A DNA stretch of 64,000 nucleotides from Adineta vaga (Eukaryota; Animalia; Rotifera): assembly GCA_021613535.1 (NCBI GenBank), contig CP075496.1:10230001-10294000 (forward strand), given 5' to 3'. The translations under genes and the position numbers were made by a program. Positions 1-13,835 of the stretch are shown piece after piece. Numbering within the stretch: position 1 is the stretch's first letter; each line of letters opens with the position of its first letter. The notes beneath the pieces were generated by a model that ran no database searches, was not told where the DNA came from, and saw only the letters and a list, made by a program, of their open reading frames with translations.

Positions 1-698
1 CAATAAATGTTCTTTGAGAAATTCAATTATTTTAAACCGAGATAATTAAATTTGTATGAAATAAAATGAAGAATAAAAAAAAACGTTCTTTTTTGCTTTT
101 GAAAATAATAAAAATTCGTTTATTCAATTCTTATCTAGAAAATAATAAATGCTTCATTGAATTCATCAGAAAAACTTTGATATTAATATTTCAAAAGTTC
201 AAGTACATTCATTTCTAACTTTGAACTAATTATAGATTGATAAACCTTTTTCTAGCTAGAATACAATAACTATGTATTTTTTGGTCACTACCTTTTCGTT
301 CGTTCGAAAACTAATAATATACGATTGGATTGTTCACATAACTTTCATTGGTATTTTCATGCACCTATCAAATACTTTCTGCTCCATTGAACAGACAGTA
401 ACATGTAACAATCAATCGACCGTACGAAAACTTTCGTTTTCCGTTCGACAAATAGGTATACATTTGGATGTTCGTATCATGAAAGTGAATATTCGTACTT
501 GAACTTGATCGTACTCTTTTTAAATTCAAATTAATTTATATTCAAAAAAAGAAACCAAATAATTTATTCAGTTCAATATATTTAAATATGTTCTTTCATC
601 AGCACCTACTTCTATACACAATGATTAACATTCTTTTTTTCTTCTATTCCATTAAATTTCTTAAGATTTCTTTTTATAGTTCATGAAAATTTGAAAAA

Positions 699-2774
699 AT
701 GGAAACTAAAAATAAAACAATTGCAGAACAATACAAGGTGGAGACAATGAATCTATTGTTTATCATTTATTCTTTCGTAATTTTCTTGTAGGAAACAATT
801 TTAACATTAAATTCTTTACAAAAAAATCACTCAGCAATTATAACAGATAGTCAATGGGAAAAGCCGATGATGGATATACGTCGTTATTTATCATGTCTTA
901 ATATTCAGGTATATGCACTAATTCTGTGATCAGTTCTAATTGACAATTCTAGTTAGATTATATCGATCGATTGAATGTAATTCATGTTGCTGGTACAAAA
1001 GGTAAAGGATCAACGTGTGCATTTACAGAATCAATATTACGACAATATGGATATAAAACTGGTTTTTACAGGTAGGAAATGAATTCCTAATTGTTATTTT
1101 TATTGAAAATCAATCTTTAGTTCACCACATCTAGTAGAAGTTCGAGAACGTATTCGAATTAACGGTCTATTGTTATCGAAAGAAAAATTCATTCATTATT
1201 TTTGGCAATGTTACAATTCTATTGATGAAGCTGTACAACAACGATCAAATGATGAAGTAAAACAATATTAAATAGTCCTAGAACGAAGATATCATTTTTA
1301 TTTTTCTATTTCAGGATCCACTTTGTATGCCATTTTATTTTTCTTTTCTAACAACAATGATGTTTTATGTTTTTGTTCATGAACAAGTTTGAAAAAGAAT
1401 CTTTTTTTTGTATTTCTTTATTCTTATTCGAATATGTTCATAGATTGATGTTGCTATCATCGAAGTTGGTTTCGGTGGTGAATATGATTGTACAAATATT
1501 ATCAAGTTCGTATTTTCTTATCTTTTAATTCAAAGAATCCTTTAATTATTATATAGAAATCCAATTGTATGTGGAATAACATCTTTAGGTTTAGATCATG
1601 TCAAATTATTAGGTAATACAATCGATAAAATAGCTTGGCATAAAGCAGGAATATTCAAAAAACATATCCCAGCTGTAACAGTTCTTCAAATGCCAAAGGC
1701 AATGCATGTTCTATATGAACGAGCAGAAGAAAAACAAGTATGAAAAAGAAATGATTGAAATTTGAATAAAAGAAATTTATTTCAGTGTACATTAACAGTT
1801 GCACCCACATTAAATCAATATTCGAATTATCCATTTCGACTTGCACTCGATGGAGATATACAAGAAGTAAATGCATCATTAGCTGTACAATTAGTATTCC
1901 GTTGGTTAGATAATCGAAAAGGTTAATCAACATTATGTCTATATCTTCATTTTTGACCTCATTCTATTTATATTTAATTCAGTATACTCTTATGATGAAT
2001 TGATGAGAACACCATTAAGTCAAGAAATTCGTCAAGGTTTAGCAGCGTGTCAATGGGCTGGTCGCAATGAAATAATTGATAGTGACATAGCAACATATTA
2101 TCTTGATGGTGCTCAGTAAGTTGAAAGAAATAATAATACGGAAATTATCTGTTTTTATTTTATCATTTAGCACGATTGAAGCAATAGAACAATGTAAAAA
2201 TTGGTTTTTGAATTCCATCGCAAAACAACACATATTAACAAAAAAAATTCTAGTTTTTTATTGTTCAAATGAACGAAATCCCGAAGAATTACTAAAACCA
2301 TTAATGGTAACATATATATATATATCCTTTCTTTGTTTCGAACTTATTTTATAAAACGAAATTAATATAGACATGTCAATTCAATTCTATTGCTTTCTGT
2401 TCACCAATAGTTGCTCCACATAGAGACAAAATACGAACAGATTTGACGCCTACAGATGGTAAGTAATATAGATTTATCTAAATATTTCTGTCAAATATTT
2501 TCTTAATATATAAGATCAATGGCGAGAAACAAAAACAAATGGTACGGAAAGCGATCGTCTTACAGTACATACTTCTGCATTTAATAAACTTATCTTGTCC
2601 ATGCTAGAAAGTCAAAGTAATTTACCATCGGTACATTGTTTTCCAACGGTATCACATGTATTAACATGGATTGATGAAAATAATTTATCGAAATCATCGA
2701 TATTAGTAACTGGTAGTCTTTATTTGATTGGAGCTTTTCTAAAGCTACTGAAAGACAACCATAGTGATACATAA
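699..2774 (+). CDS. FPGS: Folylpolyglutamate synthase (multi-exon)
   Basis: Spliced by hand across GT-AG introns: METKNKT..., [23 protein letters not shown] (P-loop), [74 protein letters not shown]...stop TAA 2772-2774. Confidence 0.96.
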
Positions 2775-3694
2775 ATGAATGTATATATTCTTTTTAATTG
2801 ATTTTGTCAAAATGATATTCATTGAAAAGAATCATTAATTGCTGTGTTATAGACTTGTATTACAAATTTTATCAATGATAGAAAGAAACCCATTTAATCA
2901 TGTTATTTTAAAGGAATGTGTCATATTTTAAAAATACATTTTGTCTATTCATTCGCTAAACGAAGTCATTTTTTAACTATAATCCTAAATATCAGATAGC
3001 TATACTTCTACATTGCAACTGCATCATTGTAAATAAGTAAAACTCTACGGTACTAATATTTATCAAAAATGAATTGATTTGCAAAAGTAAAGATTTTGTT
3101 AAAATCTTCCAGAAGATAAGTTCAATTTCAAAAAGTTTTTTTGATTTGATAACTGAGAATAGAATTCAATTATATTTTAATAAGTAGTAGATAAATTATT
3201 GTAAGATAGATGATTTGTACTCAGCAAAATTGAGCATTTCTTTTGTATATCGTACCAACTGTCGCGAATTCGTCCATGTAAAGAAAAGAAAGTAATAAAT
3301 AATGATTCTCTTAATTTATATCAATATAATAATGCATTACGATTCAAATGAATTAAATTTTTCACCTAAGTCTAATCCTAGTGTTAATAGAAGTAAATCG
3401 GGTGTGGGTGTAGTTTGATACTCAAATATAATTTTCACTGAGGGTTTTATTACGATATAGCTATACTCCATCAATATCTTCTTAATTACGCAAAGCGGAT
3501 TAGTACTATTCAGAATTGAAGAAGAGTTCTCTTTTTTCCTATTATCCAAAGAATATTTTTCAGTTTTATTATCTTTTATGCTTATATGAGCAGGTTGTTG
3601 AGTGAAGAGAAAAGAAAAAAACAAGAAAGAATTATCCTCAGTTCCATTGTTAACCTCTTGAAGACTGCCAGATTCTTTCTTCAATATTATTATA

Positions 3695-4615
3695 ATGGCA
3701 AAAATTTCTAATGATACAAGAACTAATGGTCTCATCGAACTTTTCTTATCAAAACCAGTTTCCTTTTGGTTACTTCTTGGTTTTGATATCCCATCATCAG
3801 TTTGTTCACTTGTACTACTATATTATCTATTAATTGATATTGACTTACGAAAGTCTTTAAATAATCATGTTATTGTGATTTTACTTATTGTTGGACTTTT
3901 TAGTCAATTAATCGATATTCCATTCTATCTCAATCATATTCGGATAGGATATGTATGGCCACAAATACCACTTAGCTGTATTTTATGGTGGTTTTCAGCA
4001 ACAGGCATATCTAATATAACAAATATTTTAATGGCATGGGCATCGATTGAACGTCATATTTTAGTATTTAACGATCGATGGTTAAGAAAAAAGAATCAAT
4101 GTTTTCTTATACATTACGTTCCACTTCTATTCATCATAATCTATGGTTTTTCTTTTTATATCATCATATTATCCATATTCTCATGTGATAATATGCATGC
4201 TTTCACCCAGGATTGGTGTTCTTATCCTTGCTATTATAATTATGCTTCTCTTGCGTTGTATGATACAATTGTTAATTCTATATTACCAACACCCATTATT
4301 GTTTTTATGAATATTGGTTTAATTATTCGAGTTATAAAACAAAAACAAACACTTCATAGACGTTTACAATGGCGTAAATGTCGACGAATGATTGTTCAAC
4401 TTTTATCTATATCAGTACTTTTTCTATTTTTTAATCTGCCTATGACAGTTCTCGTTTTAGCTCAAGTTTGTGGTTTAGAAGCTGATGTAATTGGACAATT
4501 TGGATCATATGCTTATTACTTATACCATTTTGTTTCACTTTTAATGCCATTTGTTTGTCTTACTTCATTACCAGAAATTCGAAAAAAAATCAAACGATTA
4601 TGGGTACTTAGTTGA
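3695..4615 (+). CDS. Orphan rhodopsin-like GPCR, intronless
   Basis: 306-aa ORF with 7 hydrophobic segments; WASIERHILVF at the DRY position; WRKCRRMIVQLLSIS before TM6. Confidence 0.9.
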   Translation: MAKISNDTRTNGLIELFLSKPVSFWLLLGFDIPSSVCSLVLLYYLLIDIDLRKSLNNHVIVILLIVGLFSQLIDIPFYLNHIRIGYVWPQIPLSCILWWFSATGISNITNILMAWASIERHILVFNDRWLRKKNQCFLIHYVPLLFIIIYGFSFYIIILSIFSCDNMHAFTQDWCSYPCYYNYASLALYDTIVNSILPTPIIVFMNIGLIIRVIKQKQTLHRRLQWRKCRRMIVQLLSISVLFLFFNLPMTVLVLAQVCGLEADVIGQFGSYAYYLYHFVSLLMPFVCLTSLPEIRKKIKRLWVLS

Positions 4616-5242
4616 GAATCTAATATGATTGTACTGGTCAATAATATCATGAACTAATATAAATCAATAATATTAATCGAAAGTTTCGAAGGAACATAAA
4701 CTATCATTGGATGAATCAATTAAAATATTCTTCTTCATTTCTAGAGAAGAATATATTAACGTACTCTTTCCATAAACAACTACTGTTTTATCCGATTAAC
4801 ATATTCGCATTAAAACATGCATATTTTTCATCCTATACTTCTTGAAATTAAATTGATTTCCTTAATAAACAAAATCATAATTTACAACGAGTTGTATACT
4901 AATAGAACTGTAATTAAACTTGAAATATCTTGTTATATTATTTGTAACGATTCATAATAAAATAAACTTCGTTACAATTATACACACAGTTAGTAGATGT
5001 CGCTCATCATAGTTTAAATTTTGTTCAATAGATATCGTTTAAAATATGATATTCTACATAGTATTTTAAATAGAAGTCTTGTTTTTCGTTCATGAAATTA
5101 ATACTTCTTGTTATTTGTATACACTTTTGACATAAAGGTACACCACCAACTATTCATTGGTACAATTCATTAGTTACTTTTACTTTACTGTTCAAAATAT
5201 GTTTTAAATGATTAAGTGTATTTATTTTTATGTATAGTGATA

Positions 5243-6723
5243 ATGACCACAATATTTAATCGAAATCCTGGAGGTTTTCGTGGTTATTCGAATGAACAGA
5301 AAACACTACGTGCAAAACTTGATCATTTAATTAAATGGACACGAGATTTAAAAAGTAATATTCTTAAACAATCATGTAAAGCATTACAAACAAATAATAG
5401 TAATTCTTCGAATGTTAATCGTCAAATAGTCGATCAAATTCATGATGATCTCGATGAATATAAACGAAAATTCGATCGTGAATTGGGCCGTATACATGAT
5501 ATATGTGATGCATTAGCGAATAATTCTACAACCAATGATAAAGAAGAAAATCTTCGTAATGACATTCTTGAAGCATTACGTCGTTCACCAACTTATTCAT
5601 CACTTGAACGACATATTGACGATGACAGTACACGGTCACATATTCGTGTCAAACTACGGGAAAATTGTCATCCAGGACAGAATCGTATACCACGTATTCC
5701 ATCTTTATCAACGGATAAAATTAAACGTAAAGCATCACAACCCATTGCTCTAGATATAATTGATACAACAAGAATACCTGGAGCAAAACGGCGACCACAA
5801 AATAATCCATTTAAACGTTCAAGATCGTATACCAATATTGAACATACAGAAACTCAATTAGGTATGGATTATATTGAAGAAGATGAAAATGATCTATCAT
5901 GGAAACCATTTGGACCTAAAAGATCTGTTTCACAAGTTAACGTATCATCAACAAATCAAGAACAATCCAATGATGAACAAATAACGATCTCAACGGAGAA
6001 ACCAATTAGAGCAGCTGTTAATAACGATTCCTCGGATGAAGAATTTGATATTGCATGGGAACGTCGTGCAAAACTAAAAGCTCGAAAAGAAGCAGCTACA
6101 ACAGTACCTACTGAAACACCATCAAAGCGAACTGTTCGATTCTCACCTTCAACACATGAACCTGTTGAATGTATTAATCTTGATCTCGATGAAACAACAC
6201 AAGATGGTATATCACAAATAAAAGATCAGAATAATAATCATAATAAACAACAAACTGATATTGTTCATATCGATGATGATGAAGAGACAATCATACCAAC
6301 AGTAAATATTTTGATGATTTCTTTCATAAATTAATATTTTTTTTTAATCGATTTTAGAGATCATTATCATCATTATCACAACAAATGAATATACAGAATG
6401 ATGATAGTTTCATAATTGATGATAGTGATGATGATGATGATGAAATAATTCCTTTGAGTGATGATGATATTCCAAAAACTTCGAAGATTACAAGAAGAAA
6501 AACTCCATGGACTACATCCGAAATTCAAGTCTCCAATGGAAATTCTCAATCTCAATCGTTACATAATCCGTATCGTGTTGGTATTGCTGATCCAAGTATA
6601 CGATCAGTCTTTTTACCTCCACCTAATTCTCAGATCATGGCAGCTACGAGCAGTGGAAATCGTAGAGCACAAGGTGTTAATCGAAAATCAACATCGACAA
6701 AACGAGGAACAAGTAGTAAATAG
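5243..6723 (+). CDS. Uncharacterised protein with N-terminal coiled coil and acidic/low-complexity C-terminus (2 exons)
   Basis: ATG 5243. A phase-0 GT-AG intron at 6302-6357 joins ORF 5216-6334 in frame to ORF 6385-6723. Confidence 0.75.
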
Positions 6724-7257
6724 TGATAATAATCATTAGTCTATTTTATTCAGATATTTTAGCAATTTTCTTTCTTTTTTTTTGTGATGGATTTAATATT
6801 TCAGATTAATTGAATTATTCTTTTGTTTTTGAATTAGTTTATAGTGATTAAACATTTGTGAAATAAATCATTATATTACCATTGATTTTGGCAATATCTT
6901 GAGAGTGTAAGATATGGTTTTGCAATGTACAATATATTGATTTTATCAAAAAATAAGTCTTAAATCAACTCTTTCTAAAAATTTGATTCCATAGTTTTCT
7001 ATGAATTATATTTCAACAATTTGTAAAGATTAATGTGATTTTGCTATGCTGTCTTATCAATGTTGAACATCATAATAATCTGTCTATGCAGGACATCCTA
7101 TAGACTATTTCTAGGATAATTATCAATTTGAATTATCTTTTATGGAAAAGAATTCTCTTTCTTCTTGTTGTGAATTATAGAAAAAAAAATCTAAAGATGT
7201 TCATTGTTTTGTTGAAATGATGTAAACAGCATATATACATATATATCGTTCATCACT

Positions 7258-8202
7258 ATGGATGGAAAATCATTACTTCCTTATATAAAATTTTGGACAT
7301 ATCTTCTCCTCCTTATTCCGTCGACTGTATGTTCATTGTTTGTACTTTATTTTCTTCTTTTCGATCGAATTCTACGTCGTGCTTGTCACAATCATATGAT
7401 TATTCTTCTGCTCTTCATTTGTTTTATTTGTCAACTAACTATTTATCCATGGATGCTTTATTTCCATATTAATGGAAAGTATTGGCCAAGATCATGGATA
7501 TTTTGTAGTATTTGGTCATTTATTGATTGGGGATTGTATATAACACAAGTCGTTCTCTTCGCTTGGACTTCAATCGAAAGACATATACTTATTTTTCATG
7601 ATCAATGGATTGTTACAAGAAAAAATCGTCTTTGTATTCATTATCTTCCTCCAATCTATCTGACAATTTATTGTTTTATTTATTATAGTCTTGTTTATTT
7701 CTTTCCACCTTGTGAAAGTTTTATTAATGATTCAAGTAACGCATGTATGATTAGCTGTCTCTATAACAATCGTGTATTTTATCTATGGGAAACTATAGTA
7801 AATCAATTAATACCTAATTCATTTATAATTATATTTAGTCTTACATTGATTTTACGTGTTCTTTGGCAAAAACATCGTTTACATCAACAAATTCAATGGC
7901 GAAAACATCGAAAAATGACGATTCAATTATTATCTATTTCATTTCTATATTTATTCTTTTCATTTCCGAATATATTCATAATTCTTCTTTACATATTTGG
8001 TTTATCCATTGATCCTGCTAATGTAATAAAAAAATATACAGAATTTTTTAGTTATTTAGTGATATTATTCTTTCCTTTTGTTTGTATTTTACCCTTACCT
8101 GAATTAAGAAAAAAGATTCGAAAAATTTTATCCTTAAGACGATATCGACATGAAAGAATGATTCATCCAGAAATATTAACTGGAAGAAATCTTCAACGAT
8201 AA
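7258..8202 (+). CDS. Orphan rhodopsin-like GPCR, intronless (paralogue of 3695)
   Basis: 314 aa, 7TM, WTSIERHILIF, WRKHRKMTIQLLSIS. Confidence 0.92.
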   Translation: MDGKSLLPYIKFWTYLLLLIPSTVCSLFVLYFLLFDRILRRACHNHMIILLLFICFICQLTIYPWMLYFHINGKYWPRSWIFCSIWSFIDWGLYITQVVLFAWTSIERHILIFHDQWIVTRKNRLCIHYLPPIYLTIYCFIYYSLVYFFPPCESFINDSSNACMISCLYNNRVFYLWETIVNQLIPNSFIIIFSLTLILRVLWQKHRLHQQIQWRKHRKMTIQLLSISFLYLFFSFPNIFIILLYIFGLSIDPANVIKKYTEFFSYLVILFFPFVCILPLPELRKKIRKILSLRRYRHERMIHPEILTGRNLQR

Positions 8203-8456
8203 TTCTAATCCTTGTATTCTTATCATATAAAAACGTTGATGAAAAATAAAATTTCAATTACAAAAATGAATAATACGTTATGACATTTAACTATGGGATA
8301 CACTCTATTGACCCAATCGTAGGTGTTTAAAAGTATATGAATATCATTCTTCATTTATAATTTAATATTTCACACAAAAATTCTTTTCTTTTTCTGTCGT
8401 GTATTTCATATGATTAAATTTTATTCTTTGTCAATGAAAAAACAAAGTCTTCGTTT

Positions 8457-10049
8457 TTAAATCATAAATTCTCGTTCTCTTCCTAATTTGACTGTTAATT
8501 GTGGTAATATTGTTGAAAGCTCGGTAATTAATTCTATACAATCTTTATTCACAATTATTCCACGTAAATCAATGATTTGAAGTGATGACATTGGATATTT
8601 TATTAATGGATGCATTACACCATAACAACCACTTGACTCTAAAGGATTTCCATTTAATGTTAAGATTTTTAAGGTTTCATTAGTTGCTAAACCTTTTCCA
8701 ATGTAAATAGAACATTCTGTATTGAATTGATTATTATCTAAATGAAATTTTTCTAATGTGGAATTCACTTTCAGGAATTCGCCAATTGCTTTTGCAGCTG
8801 ACAGACCAGCTCCATTCCATGATAGATCAAAGGTTGTTAAGCGTGCATTCGATGCAAGTAATTTAATAAGTAAAGCACATGATTTTGAACGTAACCGATT
8901 CCATGCGAGATGAAATTCTTCAATTGTTTGATTTTCAGCTAATGTTTGACCAAATATACGACCTGTTGTTTCATTTTCAAAGAAATTCTTATTCAAATTT
9001 ATATATTTAATATAATCATTGTGTGTAAAAACTTCAGCAAAATATGATGCACATTCATCATTGAAACGATTTCCATCAAGATGAAGAATTCGTATCGTAC
9101 GATTTGAACAAAGTATTGAACATAGAGCTATACAACCTACAAAAAAATATCTAGTTTGTTGAGGTGTAACTTCTTAACTACTGATTTCTGTTATATCTCA
9201 ACGAGTATGATTAAATAGATTATGAACTTTCTATTTTCTTAATTGATCTCGTATAGATTGAATGCACTTATTTTTCACTCGATCAACACTAGCAATTTCG
9301 TCTTTTTTCCCTCTTTGTTTATAGATCGATTTCTTTTGATTATACGAAACCATACAAACTGTCAAATATAAATATGAATTTTATATTTATGTCTTTCAAC
9401 TACTTCATAATTCTATAATCAATTGAAAAAAGAAAATTTAATTATATACACAATTTTGATGTCGTTTTTCTTTTTTCATACCTTGCAAACCAATATCATT
9501 ATCAGCAAGATTTAATTCTGTAATAAATTCATTATCTGCAATCAATTGTGCAATATAAATTGCACCATTTGATCCGAGATTATTATCTCTTACATCTAAT
9601 TTTGTTATATTTGTATTGATTTTTAATGATGGTAACATAACTTTGATATTAATCGGTTTTAAACCAGAATAACGTATGCTTAATGTTTTACTATCAAGAT
9701 GACGTAAGAAATATGTTGATGGTATCACACCATGACGATGACACTGATCTAAATAGAGACCTTTACATGAATAATCTTTGTTCGGTTCTTCGTCTTGTTC
9801 AATATCTGTATCGTAATTGAAATGATGTTGAATTGGAAGATCATCGTTATCATGATTAATTTCTTGATTTACGGGTGAAATCATTGATGAATTAGAATCA
9901 AAATTTAGACCAGATATTCCTGCTGAACGTGTTGCATCGCGAACAAGTCGTTTTGGTTTCACATGAGCAGAAAGAACTAATCGAGTTTGATTATCAAGTA
10001 ATTCTGGTCGATTGAATACCTTTGGTGTTGTCGACGACAATGATGTCAT
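8457..10049 (-). CDS. LRRC74-like ribonuclease-inhibitor-type LRR protein (2 exons)
   Basis: YDTD motif, YLDQCHRHGVIPSTYFLRHL, repeated LxLxxNxL units. Intron 9481-9137 joins GLQG|CIALCSIL in frame with ORF 8457-8996. Confidence 0.85.
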
Positions 10050-11013
10050 ATTTTCAATTATTATTTATTGAACGTTTCGATAGTGTTAATAAGAAATATT
10101 CTCACTTTCTTGTTGACTCAATTTATGCATATAGATATAATTTTAAAGAAGAAAAAACGGATATAGAATTTTATTGACATATAGAAGCAGGTCGAGAGAA
10201 ATGAGAAGGAGAACAAGAAATTGGTGAAACAGAAAGTATTCAAACGTCAACAATATATAAATGAAATGGAATCGACTGCAGGTGCGTGTGCATTAAATCG
10301 AGAATAATAACATACATTAATAAGCAAGAAAAAAGAGGAAGCAATAGCGTGCGAATGATTACTTTGACAAAAGAAAATATATCGGAAAAGAAAAACAATA
10401 ATATAGAAAGCGTTTTTTGATATTAATCGATGAAGTTCATACAACTAATTTTTCAAAATAATTTCATATCGAAATGAACAGTACTAATTAATTCTTTTCT
10501 TGCTGTTTGTTTACTGACTTTCGCTTTAAGTAAAACTTTTGTCATTCTCTTTCATGACAATAGTAAATAGAAAAAAATATCTGAAGGATTTATATACATA
10601 AACACATAGGCACATGCTTTTCTCTTGGTTTGATCAAATGAAAAATAAGGTAGACAAGGTTTACTTTTTTCGTCGATATCTTCAATACCTGAAAAAGGCA
10701 GATCATAAATTGTTTTCTTTTTTTCCTGTTCTGTGCATCGATTTTTCGTACACTTACGATACCATTCGAAAAATGTAAATAGAAATATACTATTGATAAA
10801 AATCTTTTCTCTCTAATAACTTCTATCTACATATTAAGGTTATTTACATTACATAGACTATATGCTATATGAAGGAAATCACTCCTCATAAACAGGTCTA
10901 TTTAACAAGATATTTAAATGAGTAGTTTACAAAAGAATCCACTTCTCATTTTGTTTCTTTACTAAAAATAACATGAAAAACAAAACAACACATTTATAAT
11001 ATACATGTATATT

Positions 11014-11985
11014 TTATGTTCGGAGTGCTGATGATGTCACTACCGTATGTAATTTATATTTCACTTTCGTTGATGAAGATGTCGAATGTTGTAATCGTTT
11101 AATAATAAATTTTAATGGTTCTTTTTTAAGAACAGGTAATGAAGTAGTTTTCGGTGAAGATAATACAATAATATCAGGTGATGTGGATAGAGGTTCATTT
11201 ATTTGAATATCATCAGATAATTTCATTTTTTCATTTAAATCATCTTCATCGTCTGTATCCCAATGATTATCATCATCATCAATATCAAATGATGGCTATA
11301 AAAAAAATGTCATTTAAAACAAACATTAATATCATCAATAATGACATAAGAAGAAATGTTTTAGATGAGTGTAAGTTGTATTTTAGTCGAAAAAAATGCG
11401 TACACTTACTTTAGCTGCTTCAATATAACGTCGTTTAACGAAATTAATATTCATCGTTGTACTATCTGTATAAACATCAATAAGTAATTGTTTAAGTTCA
11501 TCTAAACCACGTTCAATATCAATTAATTTCGTTTTCATTTCATTTAAATCATCGATATTAATTTGTTTTTGTTTGAAAACTTTCCGTAATTGTTTCAATA
11601 GATTTTCTTTCAATTGTTTATCTTTCCTATTTTTATATGTTTCAAATTCGAGATGTGCTTGTGTACATAATGTTTGTAATTCTTGTTTTTTTTCGGCATA
11701 TAATTTATTTAAATTATCAAGTCGTTCATGATACCAATAATCTAATGTTTGATATAATTCTTGACGATAATTTGCTGAATCAAATATTAAAGTATCAAGA
11801 TGACAATGAACTTCATTGATTTGATCAGTAAGATAAAATAAATCTGAACGAAGGAGTTCTTGATGATAATTCAAATGTTTAAGACATAATTGTAATTGAC
11901 AATGCGGACAAGAGATATAATCATTCGATATACATTGTGTACCATCGATATCTGTATGTTGACAACGATTTCGTGCTGAAGCCAT
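11014..11985 (-). CDS. B-box-like zinc finger + coiled-coil protein with acidic tail (2 exons)
   Basis: N-terminal C-x9-C-x7-CPHC-x4-C-x2-H-x3-H followed by a heptad-rich helix. Intron 11409-11296 joins EAAK|PSFDIDDDD in frame to ORF 11014-11226. Confidence 0.8.
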
Positions 11986-12689
11986 TTGATGAACGATGGT
12001 AAAGACACTTTACATTGAAGAAGAAGGAATTGTCATTGAATGTAAATCAAAGTTGGGCCGATACGCAAGGAAGTATAATGTAAAGGGTGAAAAAGAAGAG
12101 AATGAGCAGAACGAAAGAAGGAAAAATAAGAGAAAAGGAAAAAGTCATGTGTATGAAAAACGAGAAAATGACACACGTATAGACACATGCTAATATTTTG
12201 AAAGAAAAGAGTAAGCATAAAATATGTTTTTGTAAATATTTCATAAATAGAAAGATGAAATCAGAGTAAAAGATCTTAAAGGTTATTCATTATCAATAAT
12301 TTTGATTAAAGAAGAGAAAAACAAGGCAATCAACTTTGACATAATCTAAATAATTAGTTCTAATGAAAATGAATCAATTCATAATTTTCAATGTAACCTC
12401 TTCAAGAAAATATTTACAAAAATAATAAGAAGTTCAGTAAATCATAATATAAAAGAGGATTTAAATAATATAGATGGCGTACTCAGTTAAAAAAAAGAGA
12501 ATTTGAAAAATCGACGATGTTTTTTCTTTTAATGGATATAATGCATTAGCATTCGACATCATAAAAAGACAAATCGTGTGATCGATTAAAATGTTGGGCG
12601 AGAGAAAAAAAATTATTCATTTGCATATACTTTCAAACAGGCACATTATAAAACTTGTTGATACATATAATCTTTTGTTTGCTTTACGT

Positions 12690-13790
12690 GCGGAAGTGAT
12701 TATAAGCTATTAGCTTTTCATCAGTGTTGAGTGTTTGATCGAAATGTTCCTGTAGTATATTGATCTGTATTTGGAAATAAAAATATTCACAGAAAATCAA
12801 AGATTGTCTGTTCAGTTCGATTTTGAAGTAAAATTTGATGCCAATTTTCAGAAATAGCTAATGAATGCGAATAGGTATGAATAATATTTTGAATCGAATG
12901 TATCATACTAGTTACTACAGAACTATTTTCACATCTACGTATACTGAACATTGTCTTTCATCAAATACAAAAGATTATCGAAAGACCATGGCATTATCAT
13001 CTATTTATTGTTTACTTGTATATTTCAAAAGCTGTTTTAGTGAAAATAGTTTCAATCATGATAAAAAAAGAATGATAAATAATCTCGTATTTATATTAGA
13101 TGAAAACATTTTAAGATGATTAAATTTAGTTAACGACATTCGTTGACAGGAAGAGATAATGAAGATCGTGTACGATAATTACAGACATATCAAATAACAG
13201 CAGAAGTATTGCTTTTAATATGATCGTTGAAGCACTGTAACCTTTCAAAATGAGTTTAAAATGTTGTCGCTGGCATCATCATCATCATCAAACTGTTCTT
13301 TTATACTAAATTGAAAGATCGCTTTGTATAGAATTGCAAGAAGATCATCTATTAATTCAATTGGTGTTTTACAAGAAAAACAAAACTGCTGTTAAAGTTG
13401 AATATTTATCGTTTAGATTAACTAGGACATTATGAAGATCAGATAGTGTGGTTTTCTTACATAGAAAAGATTTACAAAAACAGAATTAAAAAATTAGAAC
13501 TTTTACAACGAAATACTGTATCTTGTTTAGTTTTTTTTCAAAGTAATCTACTCAGTTGAGAACATTTATTCCGGGTTTTTTTCGAAGTCTTTTGATGAAC
13601 AAAATCAAATAAGAAAGCAAATGATTAATTCATTTGTACCATCAAAAATATGATGCTGGTAAATATTAGAAAGAACGGGAGCATATAAGCAATGGAAAAT
13701 GGGCTCATAGTAATAAAATATTTATGAATAGAATTGTCAAGATGATGAAATAATTTATGACTAAAAAAACGCTTTATTTGAACATCGAAC
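12690..13790 (-). pseudogene. Possible decayed coding sequence of unknown family
   Basis: Stop-interrupted, protein-like minus-strand fragments: FSCKTPIELIDDLLAILYKAIFQF, HSLAISENWHQILLQNRTEQTIFDFL*, INILQEHFDQTLNTDEKLIAY. No family recognised. Confidence 0.25.
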
Positions 13791-13835
13791 AAGCTTGTTT
13801 TTTCTTGTATAGGTTGTTATTTCAAATTCTTATCA

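Noticed and set aside
3337-3735. 132-aa minus-strand ORF overlapping the GPCR start
   Set aside because: No motifs, and the composition is that of AT-rich non-coding DNA.
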